From assembly GCA_043228905.1 (NCBI GenBank), contig JBHGNT010000279.1:1-40221 (forward strand): DNA of 40,221 bases, written 5' to 3'. This DNA is from Azolla caroliniana. Its lineage: Eukaryota > Plantae > Polypodiophyta. Position 1 is the first letter of the stretch. The number at the start of each line of letters is the position of its first letter. The position numbers and the translations under genes are program-made. Shown piece by piece: positions 26,201-39,463 of this stretch. A model generated the notes under the pieces. The model saw only the letters and a program-made list of their open reading frames with translations. It was not told the DNA's origin and ran no database searches.

Positions 26201-27080
26201 TTAACTCCCTCCTCAAAGTTGCTAATTTCTTCATGTCTCTCGACCTGAGTTTCAAAATCTTGATTTTTTAATTCCATATCATAGCTAGTGTTGTTAGCTT
26301 CGATACGCATGTTTGAACACAAAAATCCGATATCACACGAGCCAGGTATGAACATTTTAGTTGACTAACGATCTCGTCTCAAGTCCCTCCTCAAAGTTGC
26401 TAATTTCTTCATGTCTCTCGACCTGAGTTTCAAAATCTTGATTTTTTAATTCCATATCATAGCTAGCGTTGTTAGCTTCGATACGCATGTTTGAACACAA
26501 AAATCCGATATCACAAGAGCCAGGTATGACCATTTTAATTGACTGGCGGGCTCTTCTCAAGTCCGTAATCAAAGTTGCTAATTTCTTCATGTCTCTCGAC
26601 CTGAGTTTCAAAATATTTATTTTTTAATTCTATATCATAGCTAGCGTTGTTACCTTCGATGCACATGTCTGAACAGAAGAATCCGATATCACACGAGCAA
26701 GGTATGAACTTTTTAATTCCATCACGGGCTCTTCTTAACTCCCTCCTCAAAGTTGCTAATTTCTTCATGTCTCTCGACCTGAGTTTCAAAATCTTGATTT
26801 TTTAATTCCATATCATAGCTAGCGTTGTTAGCTTCGATATGCAGGTTTGGACACAAAAATACGATATCACACGAGCCAGGTATGACTATTTTAATTCACT
26901 CACGGGCTCTTCTCAAGTCCGTAATCAAAGTTGCTAATTTCTTCATGTCTCTCGACTTGAGTTTCAAAATCTTGATTTTTTAATTCGATATTATAGCTAG
27001 CGTTGTTAGCTTCGATACGCATGTTTGAACACAAAAATCCGATATCACACGAGCCAGGTATGAACATTTTAATTTACTCA
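19644..27080. repeat. Higher-order repeat: 17-monomer unit (3039 bp, including a 13-bp insertion), about 2.4 copies
   Basis: Offsets 20279/23318/26357, 21203/24242 and 22081/25120 all equal 3039 = 17 x 178 + 13. Confidence 0.92.
21210..21222. other. 13-bp insertion (ggctcctcaaagt) making a 191-bp monomer; second copy at 24249-24261
   Basis: ccctaatcaaagt-ggctcctcaaagt-tgctaa here, versus the usual ccctaatcaaagt-tgctaa (for example near 32303). Confidence 0.92.
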
Positions 27081-27670
27081 CTAGCTCTTCTCAAGTCCCT
27101 ACTCAAATTTGCTAATTTCGTCATGTCTCTCGACCTGAGTTTCAGAATCTTGATTTTTTAATTCCATATCATAGCTAGCGTTGTTGGCTTCGATGCGCAT
27201 GTTTGAACACAAGAATCCGATATCACACGAGCCAGGTATGAACATTTTAATTCACTCACGTGCTCCTCTTAACTCCCTCCTCAAAGTTGCTAATTTCTTC
27301 ATGTCTCTCGACCTGAGTTTCAAAATCTTGATTTTTTAATTCCATATCATAGCTAGTGTTGTTAGCTTCAATACGCATGTTTGGACACAAAAATCCGATA
27401 TCACACGAGCCAGGTATGACCATTTTAATTGGCTCGGGGCTCTTCTCAAGTCCCTAATCAAAGTTGCTAATTTCTTCATGTCTCTCGACCTAAGTTTCAA
27501 AATCTTGATTTTTTAATTCCATATCATAGCTAGCGTTGTTAGCTTCGATGCGCATGTTTGAACACAAGAATCCATTATCACACGAGCCAGGTATGAACAT
27601 TTTAATTCACTCACGTGCTCTTCTTAACTCCCTCCTCAAAGTTGCTAATTTCTTCATGTCTCTCGACCTG

Positions 27671-27690
27671 AGTTTCAAAAAATCCGATAT
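27671..27690. other. 66-bp deletion junction (112-bp monomer); the same junction occurs at about 29568, 35374 and 37620
   Basis: agtttc-aaaaaa-tccgatatc has 6 nt between tttc and tccg, where intact monomers have 72 nt (for example 4164-4235). Confidence 0.93.
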
Positions 27691-29619
27691 CACACGAGCC
27701 AGGTATGACTATTTTAATTCACTCACGGGCTCTTCTCAATTCCGTAATCAAAGTTGCTAATTACTTCATGTCTCTCGACTTGGGTTTTAAAATCTTGATT
27801 TCTTAATTCCATATCATAGCTAGTGTTGTTAGCTTCGATGCGCATGTTTGAACACAAAAATCCGATATCACACGAGCCAGGTATGAACCTTTTAATTCAC
27901 TCACGGGCTCTTCTTAACTCCCTCCTCAAAGTTGCTAATTACTTCATGTCTCTCGACCTGATTTTCAAAATCTTGATTTTTTAATTCTATATCATAGCTA
28001 GCGTTGTTAGCTTCGATGCACATGTCTGAACATAAGAATCCGATATCACACGAGCCAGGTTTGAACTTTTTAATTCCATCACGGGCTCTTCTTCACTCCC
28101 TCCTCAAAGTTTCTAATTTCTTCATATCTCTCGACCTGAGTTTCAAAACCTTGATTTTTTAATTCCATATCATAGCTAGCGTTGTTAGCTTCGATACGCA
28201 TGTTTGGACACAAGAATCCGATATCACACGAGCCAGGTATAAACATTTTAATTCACTCACGTGCTCTTCTTAACTCCCTCCTCAAAGTTGCTACTTTCTT
28301 CATGTCTCTCGACCTGAGTTTCAAAATCTTGATTTTTTAATTCCATATCATAGCTAGTGTTGTTAGCTTCAATACGCATGTTTGGACACAAAAATCCGAT
28401 ATCACACGAGCCAGGTATGACTATTTTAATTCACTCACGGCCTCTTCGCAAGTCCGTAATCAAAGTTGCTAATTTCTTCATGTCTGTCGACCTGAGTTTC
28501 AAAATCTTGATTTTTTAATTCCATTTCATAGCTAGCGTTGTTAGCTTCGATGCACATGTCTAAACATAAGAATCCGATATCACACGAGCCAGGTTTGAAC
28601 TTTTTAATTCCATCACGGGCTCTTCTTCACTCCCTCCTCAAAGTTGCTAATTTCTTCATGTCTCTCGACCTGAGTTTCAAAACCTTGATTTTTTAATTCC
28701 ATATCATAGCTAGCGTTTTTAGCTTCGATGCGCATGTATGAAAACAAAAATCCGATATCACAAGAACCAGGTATGACCATTTTAATTGACTCACGGGCTC
28801 TTCTTAACTCCCTCCTCAAAGTTGCTAATTTCTTCATGTCTCTCGACCTGAGTTTCAAAATCTTGATTTTTTAATTCCATATCATAGCTAGTGTTGTTAG
28901 CTTCGATACGCATGTTTGGACACAAAAATCCGATATCACACGAGCCAGGTATGACTATTTTAATTGACTCACGGGCTCTTCTCAAGTCCGTAATCAAAGT
29001 TGCTAATTTCTTCATGTCTCTCGACTTGGGTTTTAAAATCTTGATTTTTCAATTCCATATCATAGCTAGTGTTGTTAGCTTCGATGAGCATGTTTGAACA
29101 CAAAAATCTGATATCACACGAGCCAGGTATGAACCTTTTAATTCACTCACGGGCTCTTCTTAACTCCCTACTCAAAGTTGCTAATTTCTTCATGTCTCTC
29201 GACCTGAGTTTCAAAATCTTGATTTTTTAAGTCCATATCATAGCTAGCATTGTTAGCTTCGATACGCATGTTTGAACACAAAAATCCGATATCACATGAG
29301 CCAGGTATGACCATTTTAATTGACTCGGGGCTCTTCTCAAGTCCCTAATCAAAGTTGCTAATTTCTTCATGTCTCTCGACCTAAGTTTCAAAATCTTGAT
29401 TTTTTAATTCCATATCATAGCTAGCGTTGTTAGCTTCGATGCGCATCTTTGAACACAAGAATCCGATATCACACGAGCCAGGTATGAACATTTTAATTCA
29501 CTCACGTGCTCTTCTTAACTCCCTCCTCAAAGTTGCTAATTTCTTCATGTCTCTCGACCTGAGTTTCAAAAAATCCGATATCACAAGAGCCAGGTATGAC
29601 CATTTTAATTGACTCACGG

Positions 29620-31495
29620 GCTCTTCTTAACTGCCTCCTCAAAGTTGCTAATTTCTTCATGTCTCTCGACCTGAGTTTCAAAATCTTGATTTTTTAATTC
29701 CATATCATAGCTAGTGTTGTTAGCTTCGATACGCATGTTTGGACACAAAAATCCGATATCACACAAGCCAGGTATGACTATTTTAATTGACTCACGGGCT
29801 CTTGTCAAGTCCGTAATCAAAGTTGCTAATTTCTTCATGTCTCTCGACTTGGGTTTTAAAATCTTGATTTCTTAATTCCATATCATAGCTAGAGTTGTTA
29901 GCTTCGATGCGCATGTTTGAACACAAAAATCCGATATCACACGAGCCAGGTATGAACCTTTTAATTCACTCACGGGCTCTTCTTAACTCCCTCCTCAAAG
30001 TTGCTAATTACTTCATGTCTCTCGACCTGAGTTTCAAAATCTTGATTTTTTAATTCCATATCATAGCTAGCGTTGTTAGCTTCGATACGCATGTTTGAAC
30101 ACAAAAATCCGATGTCACACGAGCTAGGTATGAACATTTTAATTTACTCACGAGCTCTTCTCAAGTCCCTACTAAAATTTGCTAATTTCCTCATGTCTCT
30201 CGACCTGAGTTTCAGAATCTTGATTTTTTAATTCGATATCATAGCTAGCGTTTATAGCTTCGATATGCATTTTTCAACACAAAAATCCGATATCACACGA
30301 GCCACGTATGAACATTTTAGTTGACTAACAATCTCGTCTCAAGTCCCTCCTCAAATTTGCTAATTTCTTCATGTCTGTGGACCTGAGTTTCAAAATCTTG
30401 ATTATTTAATTCGATATCATATCTAGCGTTATTAGCTTCGATACGCATGTTTGAACACAAAAATACGATATCACGCGAGCCAGCTATGAACATTTTAATT
30501 CACTCACGGGCCCTTCTTAACTGCCTCCTCAAAGTTGCTAATTTCTTCATGTCTCTCGACCTGAGTTTCAAAATCTTGATTTTTTAATTCCATATCATAG
30601 CTAGTGTTGTTAGCTTCGATACGCATGTTTGGACACAAAAATCCGATATCACACGAGCCAGGTATGACTATTTTAATTGACTCACGGGCTCTTCTCAAGT
30701 CCGTAATCAAAGTTGCTAATTTCTTCATGTCTCTCGACTTGGATTTTAAAATCTTGATTTTTTAATTCCATATCATAGCTAGAGTTCTTAGCTTCGATGC
30801 GCATGTTTGAACACAAAAATCCGATATCACACGAGCCAGGTATGAACCTTTTAATTCACTCACGGGCTCTTCTTAACTCCCTCCTCAAAGTTGCTAATTA
30901 CTTCATGTCTCTCGACCTGAGTTTCAAAATCTTGATTTTTTAATTCCATATCATAGCTAGCGTTGTTAGCTTCGATACGCATATTTGAACACAAAAATCC
31001 GATATCACACGAGCTAGGTATGAACATTTTAATTTACTCACGAGCTCTTCTCAAGTCCCTACTCAAATTTGCTAATTTGGTCATGTCTCTCGACCTGAGT
31101 TTCAGAATCTTGATTTTTTAATTCGATATCATAGCTAGCGTTTATAGCTTCGATACGCATGTTTGAACACAAAAATCCGATATCACACGAGCTAGGTATG
31201 AATATTTTAGTTGACTAACGATCTCGTCTCAAATCCCTCCTCAAATTTGCTAATTTCTTCATGTCTGTGGACCTGAGTTTCAAAATCTTGATTATTTAAT
31301 TCGATATCATATCTAGCGTTATTAGCTTCGATACGCATGTTTGAACACAAAAATACGATATCACGCGAGCCAGCTATGAACATTTTAATTCACTCACGGG
31401 CCCTTCTTAACTGCCTCCTCAAAGTTGCTAATTTCTTCATGTCTCTCGACCTGAGTTTCAAAATCTTGATTTTTTAATTCCATATCATAGCTAGC
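29620..31495. repeat. Higher-order repeat: 5-monomer unit (890 bp), about 2 copies
   Basis: ORF ends 29614/30504/31394 are spaced by 890 = 5 x 178. The copies share variants gagctagg, cacgagctc, gtttatagc, ctgtggacc and gggcccttc. Confidence 0.85.
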
Positions 31496-34400
31496 GTTGT
31501 TAGCTTCGATACGCATGTTTGAACACAAAAATACGATATCACAAGAGCCAGGTATGACCATTTTAATTGACTCGCGGGCTCTTCTCAAGTCCGTAATCAA
31601 AGTTGCTAATTTCTTCATGTCTCTCGAACTGAGTTTCAAAATCTTGATTTTTTAATTCTATATCATAGCTAGCGTTGTTACCTTCGATGCACATGTCTGA
31701 ACAGAAGAATCCGATATCACACGAGCAAGGTATGAACATTTTAATTCACTCACGGGCTCTTCTTAACTCCCTCCTCAAAGTTGCTAATTTCTTCATGTCT
31801 CTCGACCTGAGTTTCAAAATCTTGATTTTTTAATTCCATATCATAGCTAGCGTTGTTAGCTTCGATATGCAGGTTTGGACACAAAAATACGATATCACAC
31901 GAGCCAGGTATGACTATTTTAATTCACTCACGGGCTCTTCTCAAGTCCGTAATCAAAGTTGCTAATTTCTTCATGTCTCTCGACTTGAGTTTCAAAATCT
32001 TGATTTTTTAATTCCATATCATAGCTAGCATTGTTAGCTTCGATACGCATGTTTGAACACAAAAATCTGATATCACACGAGCCAGGTATGAACATTTTAA
32101 TTTACTCACTGGCTCTTCTCAAGTCCCTACTCAAATTTGCTAATTTCGTCATGTCTCTCAACCTGAGTTTCAGAATCTTGATTTTTTAATTCCATATCAT
32201 AGCTAGTGTTGTTAGCTTCGATACGCATGTTTGAACACAAAAATCCGATATCATACGTGCCAGGTATGAACATTTTAATTCACTCACGGGCTCTTCTCAA
32301 GTCCCTAATCAAAGTTGCTAATTTCTGCATGTCTCTCGACCTGAGTTTCAAAATCTTGATTTTTTAAGTCCATATCATAGCTAGCATTGTTAGCTTCGAT
32401 ACGCATGTTTGAACACAAAAATCCGATATCACATGAGCCAGGTATGACCATTTTAATTGACTCGCGGGCTCTTCTCAAGTCCCTAATCAAAGTTGCTAAT
32501 TTCTTCATGTCTCTCGACCTAAGTTTCAAAATCTTGATTTTTTAATTCCATATCATAGCTAGCGTTGTTAACTTCGATGCCCATGTTTGAACACAAGAAT
32601 CCGATATCACACGAGCCAGGTATGAACATTTTAATTCACTCACGTGCTCTTCTTAACTCCCTCCTCAAAGTTGCTAATTTCTTCATGTCTGTCGACCTGA
32701 GTTTCAAAGTCTTGATTTTTTAATTCCATATCATAGCTAGCGTTGTTAGCTTCGATGCACATGTCTGAACATAAGAATCCGATATCACACGAGCTAGGTT
32801 TGAACTTTTTAATTCCATCACGGGCTCTTCTTCACTCCCTCCTCAAAGTTGCGAATTTCTTCATGTCTCTCGACCTGAGTTTCAAAACCTTGATTTTTTA
32901 ATTCCATATCATAGCTAGCGTTGTTAGCTTCGATGCGCATGTATGAACACAAAAATCCGATATCACAAGAGCCAGGTATGACCATTTTAATTGACTCACG
33001 GGCTCTTCTTAACTCCCTCCTCAAAGTTCCTAATTTCTTCATGTCTCTCAGCCTGAGTTTCAAAATCTTGATTTTTTAATTCCATATCATAGCTAGTGTT
33101 GTTAGCTTCGATACGCATGTTTGGACACAAAAATCCGATATCACACGAGCCAGGTATGACTATTTTAATTGACTTACGGGCTCTTCTCAAGTCCGTAATC
33201 AAAGTTGCTAATTTCTTCATGTCTCTCGACCTAAGTTTCAAAATCTTGATTTTTTAATTCCATATCATAGCTAGTGTTGTTAGCTTCGATGCGCATGTTT
33301 GAACACAAAAATCCGATATCACACGAGCCAGGTATGAACCTTTTAATTCACACACGGGCTCTTCTTAACTCCCTCCTCAAAGTTGCTAATTACTTCATGT
33401 CTCTCGACCTGATTTTCAAAATCTTGATTTTTTAATTCGATATCATAGCTAGCGTTGTTAGCTTCGATACGCATCTTTGAACAGAAAAATCCGATATCAC
33501 ACGAGCCAGGTATGAACATTTTAATTTACTCACGGGCTCTTCTTAACTCCCTACTCAAATTTGCTAATTTCGTCATGTCTCTCGACCTGAGTTTCAGAAT
33601 CTTGATTTTTTAATTCCATATCATAGCTAGTGTTGTTAGCTTCGATACCAGGTTTGGACACAAAAATACGATATCACACGAGCCAGGTATGACTATTTCA
33701 ATTCACTCACGGGCTCTTCTCAAGTCCCTACTCAAATTTGCTAATTTCGTCATGTCTCTCGACCTGAGTTTCAGAATCTTGATTTTTTAATTCCATATCA
33801 TAGCTATCGTTGTTGGCTTCGATGCGCATGTTTAAACACAAGAATCCGATATCACACGAGCCAGGTATGAACATTTTAATTCACTCACGTGCTCCTCTCA
33901 ACTCCCTCCTCAAAGTTGCTAATTTCTTCATGTCTCTCGACTTGAGTTTCAAAATCTTGATTTTTTAATTCCATATCATAGCTAGCGTTGTTAGCTTCGA
34001 TACGCATGTTTGAACACAAAAATCCGATATCACACGAGCCAGGTATGAACATTTTAATTTACTCACTGGCTCTTCTCAAGTCCCTACTCAAATTTGCTAA
34101 TTTCGTCATGTCTCTCAACCTGAGTTTCAGAATCTTGATTTTTTAATTCCATATCATAGCTAGTGTTGTTAGCTTCGATACGCATGTTTGAACACAAAAA
34201 TCCGATATCATACGTGCCAAGCATGAACATTTTAATTCACTCACGGGCTCTTCTCAAGTCCCTAATCAAAGTTGCTAATTTCTTCATGTCTCTCGACCTA
34301 AGTTTCAAAATCTTGATTTTTTAATTCCATATCATAGCTAGCGTTGTTAGCTTCGATACGCATGTTTGAACACAAAAATCCGATATCACATGAGCCAGGT

Positions 34401-34957
34401 ATGACCATTTTAATTGTCTCACGGGCTCTTCTCAAGTCCCTAATCAAAGTTGCTAATTTCTTCATGTCTCTCGACCTAAGTTTCAAAATCTTGATTTTTT
34501 AATTCCATATCATAGGTAGCGTTGTTAGCTTCGATGCGCATGTTTGAACACAAGAATCCGATATCACACGAGCCAGGTATGAACATTTTAATTCACTCAC
34601 GTGCTCTTCTTAACTCCCTCCTCAAAGTTACTAATTTCTTCATGTCTTTCGACCTGCGTTTCAAAATCTTGAGTTTTTAATTCCATATCATAGATAGCGT
34701 TGTTAGCTTCGATGCACATGTCTGAACATAAGAATCCGATATCACACGAGCCAGGTATGAACTTTTTAATTCCATCACGGGCTCTTCTTCACTCCCTCCT
34801 CAAAGTTGCTAATTTCTTCATGTCTCTCGACCTGAGGTTCAAAACCTTGATTTTTTAATTCCATATCATAGCTAGAGTTGTTAGCTTCGATACGCATGTT
34901 TGAACACAAAAATCCGATATCACACGAGCCAGGTATGAACATTTTAATTTACTCACT

Positions 34958-37900
34958 GGCTCTTCTCAAGTCCCTACTCAAATTTGCTAATTTCGTCATG
35001 TCTCTCGTCCTGAGTTTCAGAATCTTGATTTTTTAATTCCATATCATAGCTAGCGTTGTTGGCTTCGATGCGCATGTTTGGACACAAAAATCCGATATCA
35101 CACGAGCCAGGTATGACCATTTTAATTGACTCGGGGGTCTTCTGAAGTCCCTAATCAAAGTTGCTAATTTCTTCATGTCTCTCGACCTAAGTTTCAAAAT
35201 CTTGATTTTTTAATTCCATATCATAGCTAGCGTTGTTAGCTTCGATGCGCATGTTTGAACACAAGAATCCGATATCACACGAGCCAGGTATGAACATTTT
35301 AATTCACTCACGTGCTCTTCTTAACTCCCTCCTCAAAGTTGCTAATTTCTTCATGTCTCTCGACCTGAGTTTCAAAAAATCCGATATCACAAGAGCCAGG
35401 TATGACCATTTTAATTGACTCACGGGCTCTTCTTAACTGCCTCCTCAAAGTTGCTAATTTCTTCATGTCTCTCGACCTGAGTTTCAAAATCTTGATTTTT
35501 TAATTCCATATCATAGCTAGTGTTGTTAGCTTCGATACGCATGTTTGGACACAAAAATCCGATATCACACGAGCCAGGTATGACTATTTTAATTGACTCA
35601 CGGGCTCTTGTCAAGTTCGTAATCAAAGTTGCTAATTTCTTCATGTCTCTCGACTTGGGTTTTAAAATCTTGATTTGTTAATTCCATATCATAGCTAGAG
35701 TTGTTAGCTTCGATGCGCATGTTTGAACACAAAAATCCGATATCACACGAGCCAGGTATGAACCTTTTAATTCACTCAGGGGCTCTTCTTAACTCCCTCC
35801 TCAAAGTTGCTAATTACTTCATGTCTCTCGACCTGAGTTTCAAAATCTTGATTTTTTAATTCCATATCATAGCTAGCGTTGTTAGCTTCGATTCGCATGT
35901 TTGAACAGAAAAATCCGATATCACACGAGCTAGGTATGAACATTTTAATTTACTTACGAGCTCTTCTCAAGTCCCTACTCAAATTTGCTAATTTCGTCAT
36001 GTCTCTCGACCTGAGTTTCAGAATCTTGATTTTTTAATTCGATATCATAGCTAGCGTTTATAGCTTCGATACGCATGTTTGAACACAAAAATCCGATATC
36101 ACACGAGCCAGGTATAAACATTTTAGTTGACTAACGATCTCGTCTCAAGTCCCTCCTCAAATTTGCTAATTTCTTCATGTCTCTGGACCTGAGTTTCAAA
36201 ATCTTGATTATTTAATTCGATAGCATATCTAGCGTTATTAGCTTCGATACGCATGTTTGAACACAAAAATCCGATATCACACGAGCCAGCTATGAACATT
36301 TTAATTCACTCACGGGCTCTTCTTAACTGCCTCCTCAAAGTTGCTAATTTCTTCATGTCTCTCGACCTGAGTTTCAAAATCTTGATTTTTTAAGTCCATA
36401 TCATAGCTAGCATTGTTAGCTTCGATACGCATGTTTGAACACAAAAATCCGATATCACATGAGCCAGGTATGACCATTTTAATTGACTCGCGGGCTCTTC
36501 TCAAGTCCCTAATCAAAGTTGCTAATTTCTTCATGTCTCTCGACCTAAGTTTCAAAATCTTGATTTTTTAATTCCAGATCATAGCTAGCGTTGTTAACTT
36601 CGATGCCCATGTTTGAACACAAGAATCCGATATCACACGAGCCAGGTATGAACATTTTAATTCACTCACGTGCTCTTCTTAACTCCCTCCTCAAAGTTGC
36701 TAATTTCTTCATGTCTCTCGACCTGAGTTTCAAAGTCTTGATTTTTTAATTCCATATCATAGCTAGCGTTGTTAGCTTCGATATGCAGGTTTGGACACAA
36801 AAATACGATATCACACGAGCCAGGTATGACTATTTTAATTCACTCACGGGCTCTTCTCAAGTCCGTAATCAAAGTTGCTAATTTCTTCATGTCTCTCGAT
36901 GTGAGTTTCAAAATCTTGATTTTTAATTCCATATCATAGTTAGCGTTGTTAGCTTCGATACGCATGTTTGAACACAAAAATCCGATATCACACGAGCCAG
37001 GTATGAACATTTTAATTTACTCACTGGCTCTTCTCAAGTCCCTACTCAAATTTGCTAATTTCGTCATGTCTCTCAACCTGAGTTTCAGAATCTTCATTTT
37101 TTAATTCCATATCATAGCTAGTGTTGTTAACTTCGATACGAATGTTCGAACACAAAAATCCGATATCATACGTGCCAGGTATGAACATTTTAATTCACTC
37201 ACGGGCTCTTCTCAAGTCCCTACTCAAATTTGCTAATTTCGTCATGTCTCTCGTCCTGAGTTTCAGAATCTTGATTTTTTAATTCCATATCATAGCTAGC
37301 GTTGTTGGCTTCGATGCGCATGTTTGGACACAAAAATCCGATATCACACGAGCCAGGTATGACCATTTTAATTGACTCGGGGGTCTTCTGAAGTCCCTAA
37401 TCAAAGTTGCTAATTTCTTCATGTCTCTCGACCTAAGTTTCAAAATCTTGATTTTTTAATTCCATATCATAGCTAGCGTTGTTAGCTTCGATGCGCATGT
37501 TTGAACACAAGAATCCGATATCACACGAGCCAGGTATGAACATTTTAATTCACTCACGTGCTCTTCTTAACTCCCTCCTCAAAGTTGCTAATTTCTTCAT
37601 GTCTCTCGACCTGAGTTTCAAAAAATCCGATATCACAAGAGCCAGGTATGACCATTTTAATTGACTCACGGGCTCTTCTTAACTGCCTCCTCAAAGTTGC
37701 TAATTTCTTCATGTCTCTCGACCTGAGTTTCAAAATCTTGATTTTTTAATTCCATATCATAGCTAGTGTTGTTAGCTTCGATACGCATGTTTGGACACAA
37801 AAATCCGATATCACACGAGCCAGGTATGACTATTTTAATTGACTCACGGGCTCTTGTCAAGTTCGTAATCAAAGTTGCTAATTTCTTCATGTCTCTCGAC

Positions 37901-39463
37901 TTGGGTTTTAAAATCTTGATTTGTTAATTCCATATCATAGCTAGAGTTGTTAGCTTCGATGCGCATGTTTGAACACAAAAATCCGATATCACACGAGCCA
38001 GGTATGAACCTTTTAATTCACTCAGGGGCTCTTCTTAACTCCCTCCTCAAAGTTGCTAATTACTTCATGTCTCTCGACCTGAGTTTCAAAATCTTGATTT
38101 TTTAATTCCATATCATAGCTAGCGTTGTTAGCTTCGATTCGCATGTTTGAACAGAAAAATCCGATATCACACGAGCTAGGTATGAACATTTTAATTTACT
38201 TACGAGCTCTTCTCAAGTCCCTACTCAAATTTGCTAATTTCGTCATGTCTCTCGACCTGAGTTTCAGAATCTTGATTTTTTAATTCGATATCATAGCTAG
38301 CGTTTATAGCTTCGATACGCATGTTTGAACACAAAAATCCGATATCACACGAGCCAGGTATAAACATTTTAGTTGACTAACGATCTCGTCTCAAGTCCCT
38401 CCTCAAATTTGCTAATTTCTTCATGTCTCTGGACCTGAGTTTCAAAATCTTGATTATTTAATTCGATAGCATATCTAGCGTTATTAGCTTCGATACGCAT
38501 GTTTGAACACAAAAATCCGATATCACACGAGCCAGCTATGAACATTTTAATTCACTCACGGGCTCTTCTTAACTGCCTCCTCAAAGTTGCTAATTTCTTC
38601 ATGTCTCTCGACCTGAGTTTCAAAATCTTGATTTTTTAAGTCCATATCATAGCTAGCATTGTTAGCTTCGATACGCATGTTTGAACACAAAAATCCGATA
38701 TCACATGAGCCAGGTATGACCATTTTAATTGACTCGCGGGCTCTTCTCAAGTCCCTAATCAAAGTTGCTAATTTCTTCATGTCTCTCGACTTGGGTTTTA
38801 AAATCTTGATTTTTTAATTCCAGATCATAGCTAGCGTTGTTAACTTCGATGCCCATGTTTGAACACAAGAATCCGATATCACACGAGCCAGGTATGAACA
38901 TTTTAATTCACTCACGTGCTCTTCTTAACTCCCTCCTCAAAGTTGCTAATTTCTTCATGTCTGTCGACCTGAGTTTCAAAGTCTTGATTTTTTAATTCCA
39001 TATCATAGCTAGCGTTGTTAGCTTCGATATGCAGGTTTGGACACAAAAATACGATATCACACGAGCCAGGTATGACTATTTTAATTCACTCACGGGCTCT
39101 TCTCAAGTCCGTAATCAAAGTTGCTAATTTCTTCATGTCTCTCGATGTGAGTTTCAAAATCTTGATTTTTAATTCCATATCATAGTTAGCGTTGTTAGCT
39201 TCGATACGCATGTTTGAACACAAAAATCCGATATCACACGAGCCAGGTATGAACATTTTAATTTACTCACTGGCTCTTCTCAAGTCCCTACTCAAATTTG
39301 CTAATTTCGTCATGTCTCTCAACCTGAGTTTCAGAATCTTGATTTTTTAATTCCATATCATAGCTAGTGTTGTTAGCTTCGATACGAATGTTCGAACACA
39401 AAAATCCGATATCATACGTGCCAGGTATGAACATTTTAATTCACTCACGGGCTCTTCTCAAGT
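34958..39463. repeat. Higher-order repeat: 13-monomer unit (2246 bp, including one 112-bp deleted monomer), 2 copies
   Basis: Offsets 35233/37479, 35420/37666 and 36310/38556 all equal 2246 = 13 x 178 - 66 - 2. The copies share rare variants ctcgtcctgag, gactcgggggtc, ccagatc and gatgtgag. Confidence 0.92.

Noticed and set aside
27536-37664. Plus-strand ORFs (MLASMRMFEHKNP...)
   Set aside because: Four of them are lengthened only because the in-frame 66-bp deletion removes a stop codon, and the one at 28891 because a SNP does. They are repeat artefacts.
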